64,000 nt of DNA. It comes from Chrysomallon squamiferum (taxonomy: Eukaryota > Animalia > Mollusca). This document shows positions 13,140-27,857 of this stretch, in pieces (the first letter of the stretch is position 1; each line of letters begins with the position of its first letter). The DNA lies in NCBI GenBank assembly GCA_012295275.1, contig CM022667.1, positions 6,324,001 to 6,388,000 of the forward strand, in the 5' to 3' direction. The notes under the pieces are model-generated. The model was given only the letters and a program-made list of their open reading frames with translations. It was not told where the DNA came from and ran no database searches. A program made the translations under genes and the position numbers.

Positions 13140-14249
13140 TTATGGGTCCCGTGACATATGAAAGCAAGAGAACATATTTCATTTAAATTACTCTTTGATG
13201 GGTTATCAACAGAGAGTCTTCATACGGATTTCATTCTGGAGCCAGCAATTCTTCCTGTCTGGAAACTAAACCACTGCTTGCTGTTTGACTGTAATTGTGT
13301 GTTAGTTTTGCAATTCAGTGCCTCTTACCCATTTAACAGAGATTTATATGCCTACATTCTGACAATGTTTAATTAACGTTTCCTTACTGACAGATGTGAA
13401 AGTGTCATCAAACAATTCTGAGAGTACTTTGGAATACTTCGTGTCTAATGCTTTGGGTTGGTGGTTGCTTACATATCCAGCAACAAGTGAAAGGATGATC
13501 GGCTTCGTGCATGTGCAGCTCAGTGCAGAAAACAGATTGGACAATTTCTCTGCTGATGACTCACTTACATTTGGAACTGTCCTTTGCTTGGGACCTGGAG
13601 TCGATATACTTGTACTGATCGACAGATCTAACTGGTTTTTCTTCATCTTTGCAGAGGTAAAGTCAATATCCTGTATAGTCTTGTTAATGGACCTTTGACA
13701 TGCTGATGGAAGCAGCAAGTGTGCCTTTTCTTTTGTCGTTGTCTTGCTGTTTCTTACCTTTACTGAAGCTGCTACTGCAAATAAAATGGTTCGAACAATG
13801 CCTGCCATGGAGGTGCAGTGACCAGAAATCACAGATCCATCACGTCCTACAATCAGCCATAGTCTCAGACTTGTGTCGCTCGTTCTCTGCGAATGTTTCA
13901 CTTTCCCAGTAAAACACTGCTACCATTCACAACTGCGTGTTTCATTCTAAAAAAGAACGCTCACACCCAAAGTTCTATCTTTGTAGGAACTCGTGGGCTT
14001 TGAGCTCGGCTAACATGTATGCTCAACATGTAAACCAAATAATTCACAATGTCTGGATAGGTCGACATTGTTGGTCATATTAAAATATCTGCAGACCAGT
14101 GTCTGCGATTCCATTCATTGGTCTGGTATGGATCTTTGTTCTCTATTTCCTGCAACTTCTTCAAATATCTAGCCTTAGTATTCTTGCCAAGAGTTTCTCG
14201 ATATTCCTCTTTAACTTTGGTGTGTTTTTTTGATCTGCTTGGAAGCCGT
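13140..14249 (-). mobile_element. ISL2EU-type accessory ORF relic (SWIM finger + YqaJ-like exonuclease N-part)
   Basis: EYRETL..ARYLKKLQEIENKDPY; YPDIVNYLV; KHSQR..LRLWLIV..SGHCTSMAG; WFSFQTGRIAGSRMK; convergent with the DDE fragment. Confidence 0.7.
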
Positions 14250-15024
14250 AATTACGTTTAAATCTTTCAAAATAAGTATCTTACGTTGTGCTTGCTCTTT
14301 AGTAAACAATGGTTAATGCCTACAACATGGAGGACAGGAAAACTTGTTTTTTAAAATAAAAATAAAATAGAAATAATAAAAAAACTAAACTAAAATAAAA
14401 TAAATAAATACAACTATATGAATAAATGTTTCATAATGGTTTTCACAGTAATTTTTTTTTCCGCACAGTTTTATTCGGACGAACCATCAATATTTAAATT
14501 TCATTATACTGGATAGTCAGACACATTTTCAGACTGTCCGTTTCAGGAACAACAACCCATGTACAAGGCGTGAAAAAATACCAAACAAATCTTCCCAAAA
14601 AGGAACTAATAATAAAAAGAAAGCTGCGTAACAGAGCAAGATTGAACGTGTACCAGTCTGTTAATTTCAGCGGTTTTTCAGTGGATTTGTGGTCAGTTGC
14701 TTACGGTGAGTATATTCCTGTAATTATATTAAATTATCACATTTTTTTATTTTTTTTTTTTTTTTATACACAAATCGTACAGTCTGTAGTATAAATCATA
14801 GAAAAATTATACTGGATATCGTTATGTTGAAATTGGTTCATTTGGTTGTGAATAAGACGTTCTTGATATACTAACTACCGACAGGAACCGCAAGGTACTG
14901 AAGTAGAAGCCGCATTAAAATGGTATCGATAGACACTAATTTTGTAGGAATTTAAACTAATTAAGATATACCTACATGTCAGATTTCTTTCTTGAACAGA
15001 TAAATATGTATATAAACACAAAAA

Positions 15025-15550
15025 GTAGTACCTTGACTTTCGAGTTTAATTCGTTCCGTGGCCAAGCTCATAACTCAATCAATTTGCTCTATATCAAATC
15101 AGTTTTCCCAACTGAAATTTTAAAAACAATACAATTAATCTGTTCCAGCCCCCCCCCCAAAATGACCCCAATTTTTTGTGACATGTTTTTAAATAAGAAA
15201 ACTGTATTTATGCGGTACAAATATTGTATAAAAACAAAATTAAAACGAATGTAAAGAAATAAATTGGTTTTGGAAAGTGTACAGGGTTAGGGTTTTTCCA
15301 TCTTTTCGTTGAAAGAGGACTGCTGCTTATAAATTATTTTAACACCTTTCACTGGAGGTATAGCCTTTATCAGCTCCTTCGACTTCAGTATGGTACATAT
15401 TGAAGAAATACTGCGATTGTACTGCCTAGCCAAATTGACTAGGTGCACACCTTGCACATTTTTGTATGAGTTCATGCTTTAATTCAATGGACATCATCCA
15501 GTTCTTCTCCTCAGCACTGTCCTTTGCACTCATTTTCTTTGAATCCATGG
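15025..15550 (-). mobile_element. Tigger/pogo DNA transposon remnant
   Basis: MDSKKMSAKDSAEEK..SIELKHE..GVHLVNLARQYNRSISSICTILK (CENP-B-type HTH); TIR-like agtagtaccttgactttcgagtttaattcgttcc at ~15025. Confidence 0.75.
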
Positions 15551-16249
15551 TCATGGATCCATGGAAATTTTATATTGTATATGTGTGTATATATATGTAA
15601 AACTTTATAAACCTCTTTTGCATTAATCCATTGAACCAGAACCCAAAATTTGGAGCTTTGTTCCAAATTGGTGAATAGAACTAGTGTGCATCTTTAGTTT
15701 GTGTTGTAGGTATGAAATGTTCAAAATCAGTTGATTTATATTTCAGACCGGTAGCTTTGAGCCTCTTTTGGCCATCTAGTCCATCAGTATAGGGTTCTGC
15801 CCCACCAGAAAATTTTATATGAAAGGTTTTTGGGGTTTTTATATTATCCAAGGGTCATAAGTTAGTGAAGTACCTGATCCTGGAACATGGGTAATTTGCA
15901 CAATTTTGAGATGCCAACCCTATCAAATGTCAGTATAATACAAACTTTGCACTGGTTCTGTTTAGACCCTGTCAATGTATTACCAATGGATAGAAAAGTG
16001 TATTGAAATTGTTCTTTGATGTTGTAGTTGCATCAAATTGACATCATGTGACATCATAGGTGAGATTGGCCCTAAATCTTTAAACAAACCACTATTTAAG
16101 ATATTTCAGCTAGCTATATTATATACATTCTTTTATGTCCTGAATAATGCATTTCAACATCAATATGAACTAATGAAGTAATTACTGCAGACAAAATCAG
16201 AAATTAAATTTTGCCACATGGGAATGTTAAACAGTACTAAGGTCACCAT

Positions 16250-18250
16250 CATCATTATCCTGATCCATTCAGTTGGGATTGTAAGGTTTTTTACAGACAA
16301 TTCCAGCTGGCATGGTCCACAGGCATTTGTTTTTGGTAGTCCATACCCTCTACAAGTACAGCATTGTATAATGCACCACATTCAACAAATTATCCTGTGC
16401 AGCTTTCTTTGTACGTCATTTGCTTGAATTCTATATACATTTTTGCATAAACTTACTACTAGCTATCACTTTTGGCTTTTTCCCTAATTACAAAATGCCA
16501 ACCCTTTTAAAACAACTCCACTGAGTTGAAAAATTGACAACAAAAACAAAAACTAATTAACAAACTAAATTGGTTAATCTGAATTATGTGACAGTAACAC
16601 TTCACCATTTCTCCTTTAACTTTCTTACTAATTAGATTGATTAGCTTTTGCTCGCTATCTCCGTTGGACATGAATTCTTCTTTATTTAAAACTAAACACT
16701 GTTTCAGGTGTGATACTTCCTTTTCAGTGATTTTTGTCCAGTTGTCTCATTTGTGTTGTCCTTTATTGATATTGTTTCAAGATAGCCATTGACTATGACT
16801 GTTGCATGCCATAATTTTGGCCAGTGAAAACCATACAGGAATCAGCTATTATGTTGTATGTGCTGCCTTTTGTCCAGTGAACATGATGAATCAGTGAACC
16901 AGCATCCAGCATATAATTCTCATCTTTTGGTACCTTATTGGTGACAGCTTCATCTGACAGGTTGCAGGCATGGTCAGTTGTGCTTTGGCTAGGTGTGATT
17001 AATTGGATTACCAGAATATGTCATTTGCCTCAAACAACACTATCAGAAATAGACATAGTTCATACCCAAGGACCTCATCCATAGAAATATTTTCTGCAGA
17101 TGCTTTACCTAGTGCACTTTTTTTTTTTTTTTTTACTTGTGTAAGTAGAAACTGTTTGCTCCATCATTTTTTTCAGTGATCTGTTTTCCTACTGCTACAT
17201 AAGTCATCATTAACATTATCCTGAGAACAACACCAGATTTTTTCCTGATTTTTGGCCAGGTCCATTTGATCCCTTTTCAGCCTGGCTTCAGTCCATTCCT
17301 TGCACTGTTCATTTGTTGTAAGTGCATTTTTATTGAAATCCTGAATGGTAGTGTTGTATTCAGAGCAGACTGGAGGTGACATTGTCCACAGGGTACATTG
17401 CTCCTCAGTCATCCTATTGCCTCTTGTAAGACATTCACCAAGCTCTATGAAGCCCCAGTTTTACCATGTTCATGTATGAAATCTATGGTTTATTGTTCTG
17501 GATCACTCAAACAACTCCAAATTTCTCTTTCAGTGGTTTGTTTAAGTTCATTGTAAGATTCCAGTCTGTAATGATACATGTATCAAATTGACATCCCCTA
17601 CAATAAGATGAATATTTCTTCACAGTATTTTACATAATTAGCAAAATTTGGGTCACCATCCATTACGTCAGTGATCAACATGCTATTAAGGCATTTTTCA
17701 ACAAAAAGATGTCCTTGGAATGCCCTTTGATGATGTTCCTTACTGCATTATCCCCATAAACATCCTCTATAATATCAATAAGTCCTGAGCAATGCTTAAG
17801 TATATCAATGGCACCAAGAATATTCATCAGAGTATAGTAACTACCCAATAATAAGATGATATCTTATAAATAATCTCCTTGTAAAGTAATGGTTGGTCAA
17901 ATGCCATTGGTGAAATTGTCAGCCTGTCATCAAAATTACAAATGTATGTCAGGTTTGAGAAGATGCATGCTGAGTCACTGGGATGCACATCAATCATTGG
18001 TAATCTGGTGATGGTTGCTTTCACTGGATACTCACATTTACTATGCACAGTGTGCATAATTCATTGCCAGTTGTGATTTTCTGGTGAAGGACCAGTGAAA
18101 CCTAACACAGAATGTCAACTGGTGATGAGGAGTAGGAAAATTTAGGGAGTATTTCAAAAATGAAATGCAGGGACATACATGAAAAACAGTTCAGAGTACA
18201 AACTTGCTTCCTTGGAACTACACAGTCCATTTGTTTTTCTGGAGTTGTAA
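16250..18250 (-). mobile_element. Decayed large transposon-like ORF (unclassified; C-terminal CXC/tesmin-like domain)
   Basis: Fragments AFDQPLL, RAFQGHLFV, MTEEQCTLWTMSPPVCSEYN, LDAGSLIHHVHWTKG, CTCRGYGLP..ACGPCQ across many frameshifts. Confidence 0.6.
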
Positions 18251-19052
18251 ACTTTTGTATAACATAAATCATTCTGAAATAGTGGTCTGTTTAAGTTTTG
18301 GGGTATTATTTGCAGCAAATCTCACCTGTGACATCACATCAGTTTCACATACCTTTAACATCAGAAACAAGTTTTGATGGATACTTTGGTTTTTTGATAC
18401 CATATTTCTGTATGTTGGTAAAACATTTATAGTGTCTAAAATGAACCAATAAAATGTTTGTTGTATATTGTAATTTGAAGGGAGGGTTACCATCTTGAAA
18501 TTATGCAAATTATCCATGTTCCTCTGGTCAGATTTTTTGAAAATATTTTTATTCCAATAACTCATCACTCATGAATAAAATTAGACCCCAAAAACCTTTC
18601 ATAGAAAATTGTTTTTTTTTTTTTGGGGGAGTTCATCCATTTTTTTTCATATACTGACCTGACTAATCTGATTATTATTAGTAGTATTTTTTTTCTTTTT
18701 TCTTTTTCTTTCTTGATATAGTGGATATTGGTAAAATGGACCAAATATATCTTGGAATATACAGTTAGAATTATTTTGTTCTGTATAATATTCTGCATAC
18801 AGATGTATAATTATTAATATTTAATTTATAAAAACAAGAAAGTTTGCGAAAAAGGGCAGAATTTAATTCATTTTTCATGATATACTTCCAGAAGTTTATA
18901 TCATTTTAAATTAAAACATCTTCAGTCCCATTTTCTTTCTCAGTCATCTAGAATGGTTTATTAGGCATCCAAAGAAATGATTAAAACAATCCATCTGGCA
19001 TTTTATAACTTGCAAGCACCTTTTTTTTTCTTTTTTTCATGAGACTCTTGAG

Positions 19053-19508
19053 CAGCATTTCTCAACCTTTTCACCCTTGCCTATCCTTGAAAAAGATTTA
19101 TTATAAAAAGTTCCTGAATGCTAGAAAATAAATTGACTAAATATTGTCAGTGAATGAGGGTCTGTATCTACAGGCCAGGAAGCACATATACAACTGATGT
19201 AAATCATGCATGTGTCCTGTACTCAAGTGAGTCGTGTGATACATGAATCAGTCATGTAAAAAACAGGTCCTGACCACAGAGTGGGCACTGACTAGTGAAG
19301 GTGGTTTCACACTAGTGCCATACAAACATCACTAAATATATTCATAATGATTATATTTTTAATAACAATAGGTTAGATATTACAATAATGAAACATTTCC
19401 AAAAATATGCTGTGCATAATATTACGAATATGAAATTAAATAAAGATAACTGAGAAGTGCATTAACTTATTTCACACTTTCTCGTGGAACACAGGTTGAG
19501 AAACGCAG
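19053..19508. mobile_element. hAT (Charlie-like) MITE
   Basis: TIRs cagcatttctcaacct / aggttgagaaacgcag; 8-bp near-TSD ctcttgag / ctctagaa. Confidence 0.75.
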
Positions 19509-22500
19509 CTCTAGAATCTGTCAGTGAAACTTACCACAAGTTTCTACGGGGGTAGTAAAATTAATAAAACAAATGCTTCTGTTAGATATAATAATATACA
19601 CTTTACAGTTTTATTTGTGGGCCTATAAATTAAAAACACAATTAAGAATTTATTCTTATTGTTTTTATTTGTCAAATTAGTTATTAATAGACATTAGAGA
19701 GGGTCCAAAATGATTTTCTTTTAAATTTAATTTTATGCATAATATATTTAGCTGTAGCATAAATAATGATCATTGCATTTTTATTATAATGAAAATAATA
19801 CAATTTAACTTGAATATTTCATAATGCAAATGTGAAAAATGAATTACTTCAGTGCACCATTCATGAAAATATTGTAAATATTTATCTTTTCTATGTCAGG
19901 AAATCTTTGTATGATTTATGCAGAGGGTCTGGGTTGATCTCATTCAAGCTGGACATAATTATAGGAAAATACTAAGAAAAAAGTGTACTGCATTAATGAT
20001 GTATTTAGTTTGAATAAAAATGAAATTAATTTTTACTACAATAGAATTTAGATAATATAATGTATTCAACAAAATACATATTAATAAATAAATAAATAAA
20101 TAAAAACTGTAACATAGACAGATATTTGATTTTTAATCTGTTCTACGTAAAGGTTATCTACTGTTTTCAGGCCAGTTTTCTAGATCACTGAATATTTTTC
20201 TATATAGAAAGTTTTGTTTTCATAACTTCTATTGGGAGAAGTAGCTCATGTGAAGCTGACCTTTTAGATCTCTGAGGGAAGAGTTCTTATAGAACCTTAA
20301 GTTTGTATTTTTGACTTGGGTTATTAAGGTATTGTATTAAGTGATTAAAATTAGGTTATATCATATCCTTTACCAGAGATGCCAGAATGATTCATTGCTT
20401 ATATATTTTCAAAGATAGCATATGCAAAAGCCACAGGTATGTTAATTCACACTACTGGTTTGGTTCCTTCATTTGTGCCACATGTTTTGTTCACAAGCCT
20501 TTGAGTACCACTGTCCTTGTTTTCCAAGCTGATTCTTATCTGGCTGAAGCACAACAGGTGAAATGATTGACAAAAATCCTTTCAAAGTTTCTCTCAACTA
20601 ATCAAGTGTCATAAAAATATGGCAGTGAAGTATGTGTGGGACGCTGTTCATACTTTGAGAAGATAGAATTCCTTGCAGAGAGAGTTATTAAAAAAAAAAA
20701 AAAACAACAACAACAAAAAGACAATAATAAAACAATTCTCTCATCCTCTTGATAATGTATAAGAATTATAAGTTCTTTTTTGAACTGACAATGTTTAAAT
20801 AAAGACTAGCGATTGTTTGGCAAATGTAGTTGTTATTTGAAATAATAGTAAAATGACAGTTAATTATTGACTAAAAAGTATATTATTTGTTATCTGAATT
20901 CAAAAACAACTTTTCTTCATTATTTCACATACTTAGATCAGCTGTTTTAACAATAATGAATGAAGTGACATTGTTTAAGTCGGTACGTGGTTTGATAATT
21001 TTGACATGTTGCTAATGACTTTATTAATGAAACTTTTTTAATAATAAGTCTCATGTTTTGCTTGTTCTTCCAGGTTATAGGTAGATAAACAGTTTTTTTC
21101 CATTCATTTTATGTGTATTTCAATACACACTAATTATTCAAACAAGATGGCAATACAAATACAAAGAATTTTATCTCCATTGAGGAAATCTGACATTATC
21201 AATTGACCCCTTATTGCTACTAGACATAGCGATCATGATAAAAATAAAATAAAACCAGCAAGAAGTATGAAGATGTCACTATGAATCCCTGTCTTTGTAT
21301 GAGACCGGTTCTGCTAAAACTGTGTCTAATGATTTTGATTCAAGAGCAGACATTGATCTTACAAATATGCAGTGAGTAATGGATAGATGAACTGGATCGC
21401 TGTTTACCAGAAACATTTCTTGTGCAGTTTCAAAACAAAAGATTCTGTCATCCGAAAGGTATAAACTGTTGACCCTTTGCTGCACTACTGCAGGTTAATA
21501 ACTTCAAGTGTGCCCTGTAAAATGATTCTGCAAAGTGAAGATGATCTGTTATCAGCAGTAAATATTCTGACTGTAGACACCACCAAGCAGACTGCTGTCC
21601 AAACATCAGCTACAGAAAAATTTGAGCAAACATTAGATGCAAAAACCTCTTAGGAGACATGAGCTTGTCCACATACAACTGTTACATTCATTTCTATATA
21701 TAATATAAAATCTGAAGAGAAGAAAAAAAAAGAGAACCATTTAGGTTTGGTTGCAATAAGCACAATAAATGGCAAAACAAGTCAATATATCTTATCAAAC
21801 AAAATCTACTTCTGTGGGCAGTTTTTTACTGTTGCAGTTCTTCTCGAGCAAAGCTGTTTCATTTCAGTTTAATGTCATTCTATTCTCTTCATTGCCAAAA
21901 TATGAATGTTGTTAAACATTACCAATAATTTGTTCTCTCTGCTAATATTATGGGTTTTGTGAACATTTCATTTGAGATACAAAAGAATATAATTAAAATA
22001 AACCTCTTTTGCATTTAAAAAAAAGACGAAAACAAAAGACAACATTAAGCACAATCATCTTGTTAGATAATGTCAGATGGGCAGACATCATTTGCATATG
22101 AATGAATACAAGTTTCTGGTGTCCTGATTTCATTTGTTCAAGATAAAATTCATTCATTTGTGAATGGCTTTTAATAACTGTCTTGTTTGCAGTCTTGATG
22201 TCTGTTTATGTCAGGAGGAGTTGCCGAGCGGTGGTTGTTCTTTATGTAACACAGAACATGCAAGAGTTTCCCCTTGATGTGAATGTCAAGCTTTATCTAC
22301 CAATCAGAGCGATATATTTCTGATGTCGTTCATTTCTGTATATCTATGTAATAAAGAAAAAGTCATGAAAATCATCAAACCTACAAGATTATTGATCATG
22401 CCTAATTCTATTTCGTATATATTAACATTGCCATATTTGAATTAATGCTACTGGTTTTTTTATCATAATCAATTAATTTCATTAATCGTTTTCCACTTGA

Positions 22501-23363
22501 CACTTATCACCATCTGTGTGAAACCATTTTCTGAAACACAAAAAAAAAAAAGAGAAAAACAAATCTTTTCTTGCTTCTGTTGCACACCTATTTCCATGCA
22601 GCATCAGATTTCTATGTGGTTTTGTACTTTCAGTTTTCTTGACCAGTTCAAATTGAAATAAACTATGAACAACATTATAATATATTTAGTCTGTGAAATA
22701 TACTATAGCTAGTAAAGTATCAATATTACCCCTGCCTACTTGGTAACATTTCTTTTTACCACATTAATGTGCATGCATGCATGCATCTTCTTCAATTCAA
22801 CAAAATGTTGATGATTTTTCATCGTGTAATATTTATAATGGTAAATGTTTAATAAAGTAAAATGTTAAAGAAATAATTATGCACAGAGGTATTAATAATT
22901 TTTATTATTATTTTAAATAAGAAACTAATTTTGTAAAACTTATCAGCCATTCAGTTTTCTGTTATAAGAAGCATATTTAATAAACCATTTATGAGTTTTA
23001 TGAAATATATCCGGGTTTCTGAAGTTATAACTAACAATTTCAATAGGACTTAAGTGAGCACTGATTCTTAGTAAAACATTTTCTCATGCTCACAGTATTG
23101 CATTTAAAATTTCTTATGGTTTGGACAGTCTTCAGAATTTTGTAGTGATCTCTGCAATTTTCATAGTAATTTGAGATGCAGTACAAAACAAAATGTTCTG
23201 TGGAGACTGCACATTTCTGAAACAAAGATCTTTAATGTATTCTTTTATTATTATTATTAATGTATTACTAATGGTAGTTACATTTATCCTGTTGGATAGT
23301 GTATGTGGTCGAGTTTAGATAAATTTATTGATACTGAAGTACATAATTTTATTCTTTCTACAG

Positions 23364-23435
23364 AAATGGTTTTCCACTGCACTGTCCTCCTCTTTGCTGT
23401 GATCACTGTTCTCTTCACCTGGGTCTCAGTTGAAG
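23364..23435 (+). CDS. Orphan signal-peptide exon
   Basis: ctacag|aaATG: MVFHCTVLLFAVITVLFTWVSVE-G|gtgagt, phase 1, strong splice sites. Confidence 0.65.
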
Positions 23436-23839
23436 GTGAGTGTGTTCCACGTCAGTTACATATATAAAGCTGTTTTTTACCGAATAGTAGGACTTTTTTG
23501 TAAGCTGATTTTGGCAGTTTACAGCAATCACCTAATATAATCTTTTCTCAGTAGTTGAAAATTAACTGTTCATGATTTTATCTAATAAAAAACATTTTAC
23601 TTTGAATGAGTAAAATCACATATTTACAGCTAAATAATATGAATTGTCTACAACATTTCAAATCTGAGGTGCCTCAGCATTTGAAAATGTGTGTATTCTT
23701 GAAAAGGTTCTGTAGAATATGTTGGTATGAGACTGTTAAATAATTGATTTTTCTATAGACAAAAAAATTTAAGTAAAAATTGTTTTCACACAATGCTGTA
23801 AATATATATATATATGGAACCACTAACCAAAATCATTTA

Positions 23840-24321
23840 GGGTCATTCCGTGTCAAATCACCCCCCCCCCCAAAAAAAAAGGTTTCCAAATCTGCCATTA
23901 TTATTCAGTTTGGAGAATGTTTGGGTACACTGACCTTTTGACTTTTGTTATGACCTTGAAACTGACCTTGTGGATCACATGAACTTCAGATGAACTTTCT
24001 TGAAATTTAATCTCCCACATATTAACTAAAACATATGGTGATTTGGAATCCTTGTCACATTGCCTTTTCAAAAATATCAATTTTATGAAGATTGGCCCAG
24101 TAGTTCCTGAGATACGATGGTTCAAAGGTTGGTGGTCACATCCATTTTGACTCAAAATCTCAAAATTTGGGGAGGGGCCCATATCTCCCACACCACTGAT
24201 CCGATTGAGCTAATATTTCAGATTTGGTGCTGTGGGATCCTAGTCAACAAGCATACCAAGCTTCATAAAAATCTGAAATGGTCGGGTTTAACTCATTGGG
24301 TGATTTGATACGGAATGACCC
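23840..24321. mobile_element. Non-autonomous Sola2-like DNA transposon (MITE)
   Basis: TIR GGGTCATTCCGTGTCAAATCACCC / GGGTGATTTGATACGGAATGACCC, 4-bp TSD ttta; same family as the transposase-bearing copy at 55680. Confidence 0.8.
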
Positions 24322-27141
24322 TTTACTACATTTATGCACATTCATGATAAAACAGTTATTCTTTTACAGTGTTTACAGTGTGACCATATTTCTTTACTTA
24401 CATTTTCCTAAAAGTTGGTTGTAATATTTGGCATGTCGATGACAACTGGAAGGTGCATTCATAGAATATATGCAGAAGTCGGATGTACTAGATCTTTAAA
24501 TTTATTTTTTCTTAACTTATTTGACTCAGATATGGGCTATAATTCTTACTAAATATCATTTCATGTCAGATTTGAAATGGACATCTTCCCCAAATTATTT
24601 TATATATATACTAGTTTTTATTGGATAATTTGGTAAGGTATGTTTTGTTTTTAACAAATTCTGATACATAATCTGTATCTTGTAAAACTGTAAATCAGTG
24701 CATTTCACCCTATTTCTAATGCTTGCTCTTTCTTGGTTATTTAATTTAACAATATAAAAGAATCAGTGATTGCATCATTATTCCATTTAGTTTAGCAAAG
24801 ACAGCTTGATTATAGGTGATGTAACACTGTCCTGCTTTTAACTATGTATCTAAATGTTAGCATATTTTATTCAGGATTTTCTGTGAACAATTAACCATGG
24901 AACATGACAAAATGTATTTTTTAAATCTTACTTTGTTTTTTAATAATAAAGAAACTCTTCATAACAGCATTAATTAATTTATCAGTCATAATCCTTGATT
25001 TATATGTATTATTACTTGTATTATTAAAAATAGAATTTAGAAAGGGTTATGCATTAATGAATTATGTTGAATTTAAATGTGTGCACCCTTGAGATTGGTG
25101 GACAAAAACTAAATTATATGAGAGAGTATGGTATGTCATTAAACTTTGAATTTATAATCATACAACAGGACCTTAGGCTTAATTACATTTTGTATTTTAT
25201 TTTCAGTGATTTGGAAAAAACTTGAATATATATATGGAAGAAAATTCACTTACAAACATTTTTGTTCTCTGAAGAGGGCTAATTGAATTATCATTAGTTA
25301 TGTGTTACTTACCCTATACTTAGCTTTCAGCTGTTGCAATTTCCTAAAACTTTTACATATTTTACATACTTGTAGCTGATAAAAATTATTAGTGTAGTTT
25401 ATTTACAATGGTTCAATATTAATTTCTGATTCTGCTACAAAGATTCTGTAGATTACCACATCAATTCTAGTTTTGTTGCTTTACTGAATTATCTATTTGA
25501 ACACAAGTTATGGAAAACAGTAGGATAAAAACTGTGGTTACTAACTAGAACCTTTTATAAAGCTGTTTTCTCTGACGTTTTAGATATCTCACTAGCAAGA
25601 TGTCAAAAATTAATAGCAAAGATATTATTGCTAATTTTTAAACAGTAAAACAAAATGGTGATGAATGTTGATGCAATTAGTTGAGCATTTCATCAACAGG
25701 AAATATTTATCAGTATAAAACAAATGCACTGTTTTATACATCACAGATTTGACCCAAGTTAAAGGATGTATGTGGATATATGTTTGATTAAAAATCACTT
25801 CTTGAAAATGGGCAGCTATATTGCAGTTGAAAAAACAACAACAGAAGGTAGATAAAATACTAAGGAAATTGGTGTATTAAAGAGTTTCTACCACTTATGA
25901 ACAAAAAATTCAGTTTTGAGTTTGCTTTTAATATCAAGTAACCATAAGTCACATATTTTACTATTACCTGTAACTAAAAGTTTATGGAAAGTGAAAAGAA
26001 GAAAATGCTTTATTGTTTTTGGTGATAAAGACAAGCATCTTTTCATCCAAGCAGTCGTCATACCTTGAGCTTCTTAAATAATTCCCATAGCTCTTAACAC
26101 CTTGCCAGTCTAAATTTTAAAATTGTCAAATTTAAACACACCAAATATCATAAAATATTATAACAATTTTAAGTCTGTAGTGAAACTGTTTAATGTTTAT
26201 TACGAATATTTTTGCATCATAAAACATCTGGTCTGAAAACCGACTCATGCTCCCAGTTATAGGATGTTTTGACTCACCTTGTACTAAGTATATGTACCAA
26301 TTGTTATTCCTTGTTAGAGGTCCATAAAATAATGTTGATATACAAAAAAGATAGTATAAAAAATGTTCTCTGTACAATTTCTATGGGAATCATGCTGTTA
26401 TCTGTTCACAGTTCATAACACATAGTAAGAATTGATGAAAATACCTAAATGTCAGGTCTTATGTGAAACTGATCTTATTATATGCATATATAACATGTGT
26501 GTGCAAACTGCCTCCATTGGTGACACAGGTCATCTCAGTGACAAAAGTTGCCATCAAAACCCAGAATAGTTTCTGGGATCATAAACACAATAACCTGATT
26601 CACATGAGATCTTTTGGCCAAAGTTATCCATTTGTATAGATTTTATAACAAACTAATTGATAAAAAACTGTTTCTATATCACCAAGTACCACAGAAATGT
26701 CTGTCTGCCTGTGAGTAGCTGTCCATGTGGGAAGATCATGCGACGAACTGATGGAATAGCTGAACAAAAATGCATTGCTTTTCTCTTGTGAATTGGGGTT
26801 GACAATAAACACAGTTTTTGGAAACTTGTATAAAAATTAATTGAGATGGCTCTGATAAGTTAGTTTACATAATTACATTTACAGTAAATATTACTCTTTA
26901 CAAGCCTATAAATGTAGGGTCCAAGACAGAAAATGGTAGGCTGCAGGTAATGATAACAACATTATAATAAAAATTTTGTTAAATACTTTCACAGCTTTTG
27001 GCATTAATATAAAATGTCTTTTTCAAGATTCTGTTTTATTAGAAACACAATATTAATGCATTCATGTATATATTTACATACATAGGGTTCAAGCTTTATT
27101 CATTTATTTATCTATACCTATCATTCTCTTTATAAACGAAT

Positions 27142-27857
27142 AAAATATTTTTTGTTTAGCCACAATATAGATTTAAAAAATGCACATACATGAAAATAAC
27201 TCTATTATGGCTAAACAAAACATATTATACCCAGGAAACTTTTATATGTGAACTTTATGCATACATGTAGGCCTACAATGTCTTACTTGATGATCAAGAG
27301 AGATGGTGATTCCTAGCCTCCAGAATTGATCATTCAGGTTTTAGTTAATCAGATGTTAATGGCTGAAAAGGTGTTATTTTAATGTATGTGCATTTTTTAA
27401 ATCTATATTGTGGCTAAACAAAAAATATTACACCCAGGAAACTTTTTATATGTTTTAGTTAACATGTGGGAGATTAAATTTCAATAAAGGTCATCTCAAG
27501 GTCACGTGATCCACACGGTCAATTTCAAGGTAATAGCAAAGGTCAAAAGGTCAATGTACTCCAATATTTTCCAAACTGAACAAATATGGCAGATTTGGAA
27601 TCATTGTCATTTTGCCTTTCTAACAATACCAATTTTATGAAGATTCCTGAGATATGAGGGTTCTAAGGTTGGTGGTCACACCCATTTTTGCCAAAAATCT
27701 CAAAATTCGGTGGGCCATATCTCCCACACCTCTGGTCTGATTGGGCTAAAATTTCAGATTTGGTGCTGTGGGATCCCAGTCAACAAGTATAAGAAGTTTT
27801 ATAAAAATCTGAGACGGTCGGGTTTAAACCACTGGGTGATTTGACACGGAATGACCC
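27142..27857. mobile_element. Truncated copy of the same Sola2-like family
   Basis: Right TIR gggtgatttgacacggaatgaccc ends 27857; internal sequence matches 23930-24300 and 57890-58260; internal inverted repeat 27142-27192/27382-27430. Confidence 0.75.

Noticed and set aside
21279-21660. GC-richer coding-like patches (also 26380-26800, 28600-28800, 48050-48370, 52230-52660)
   Set aside because: No recognisable motif or splice structure; probably old repeat debris.
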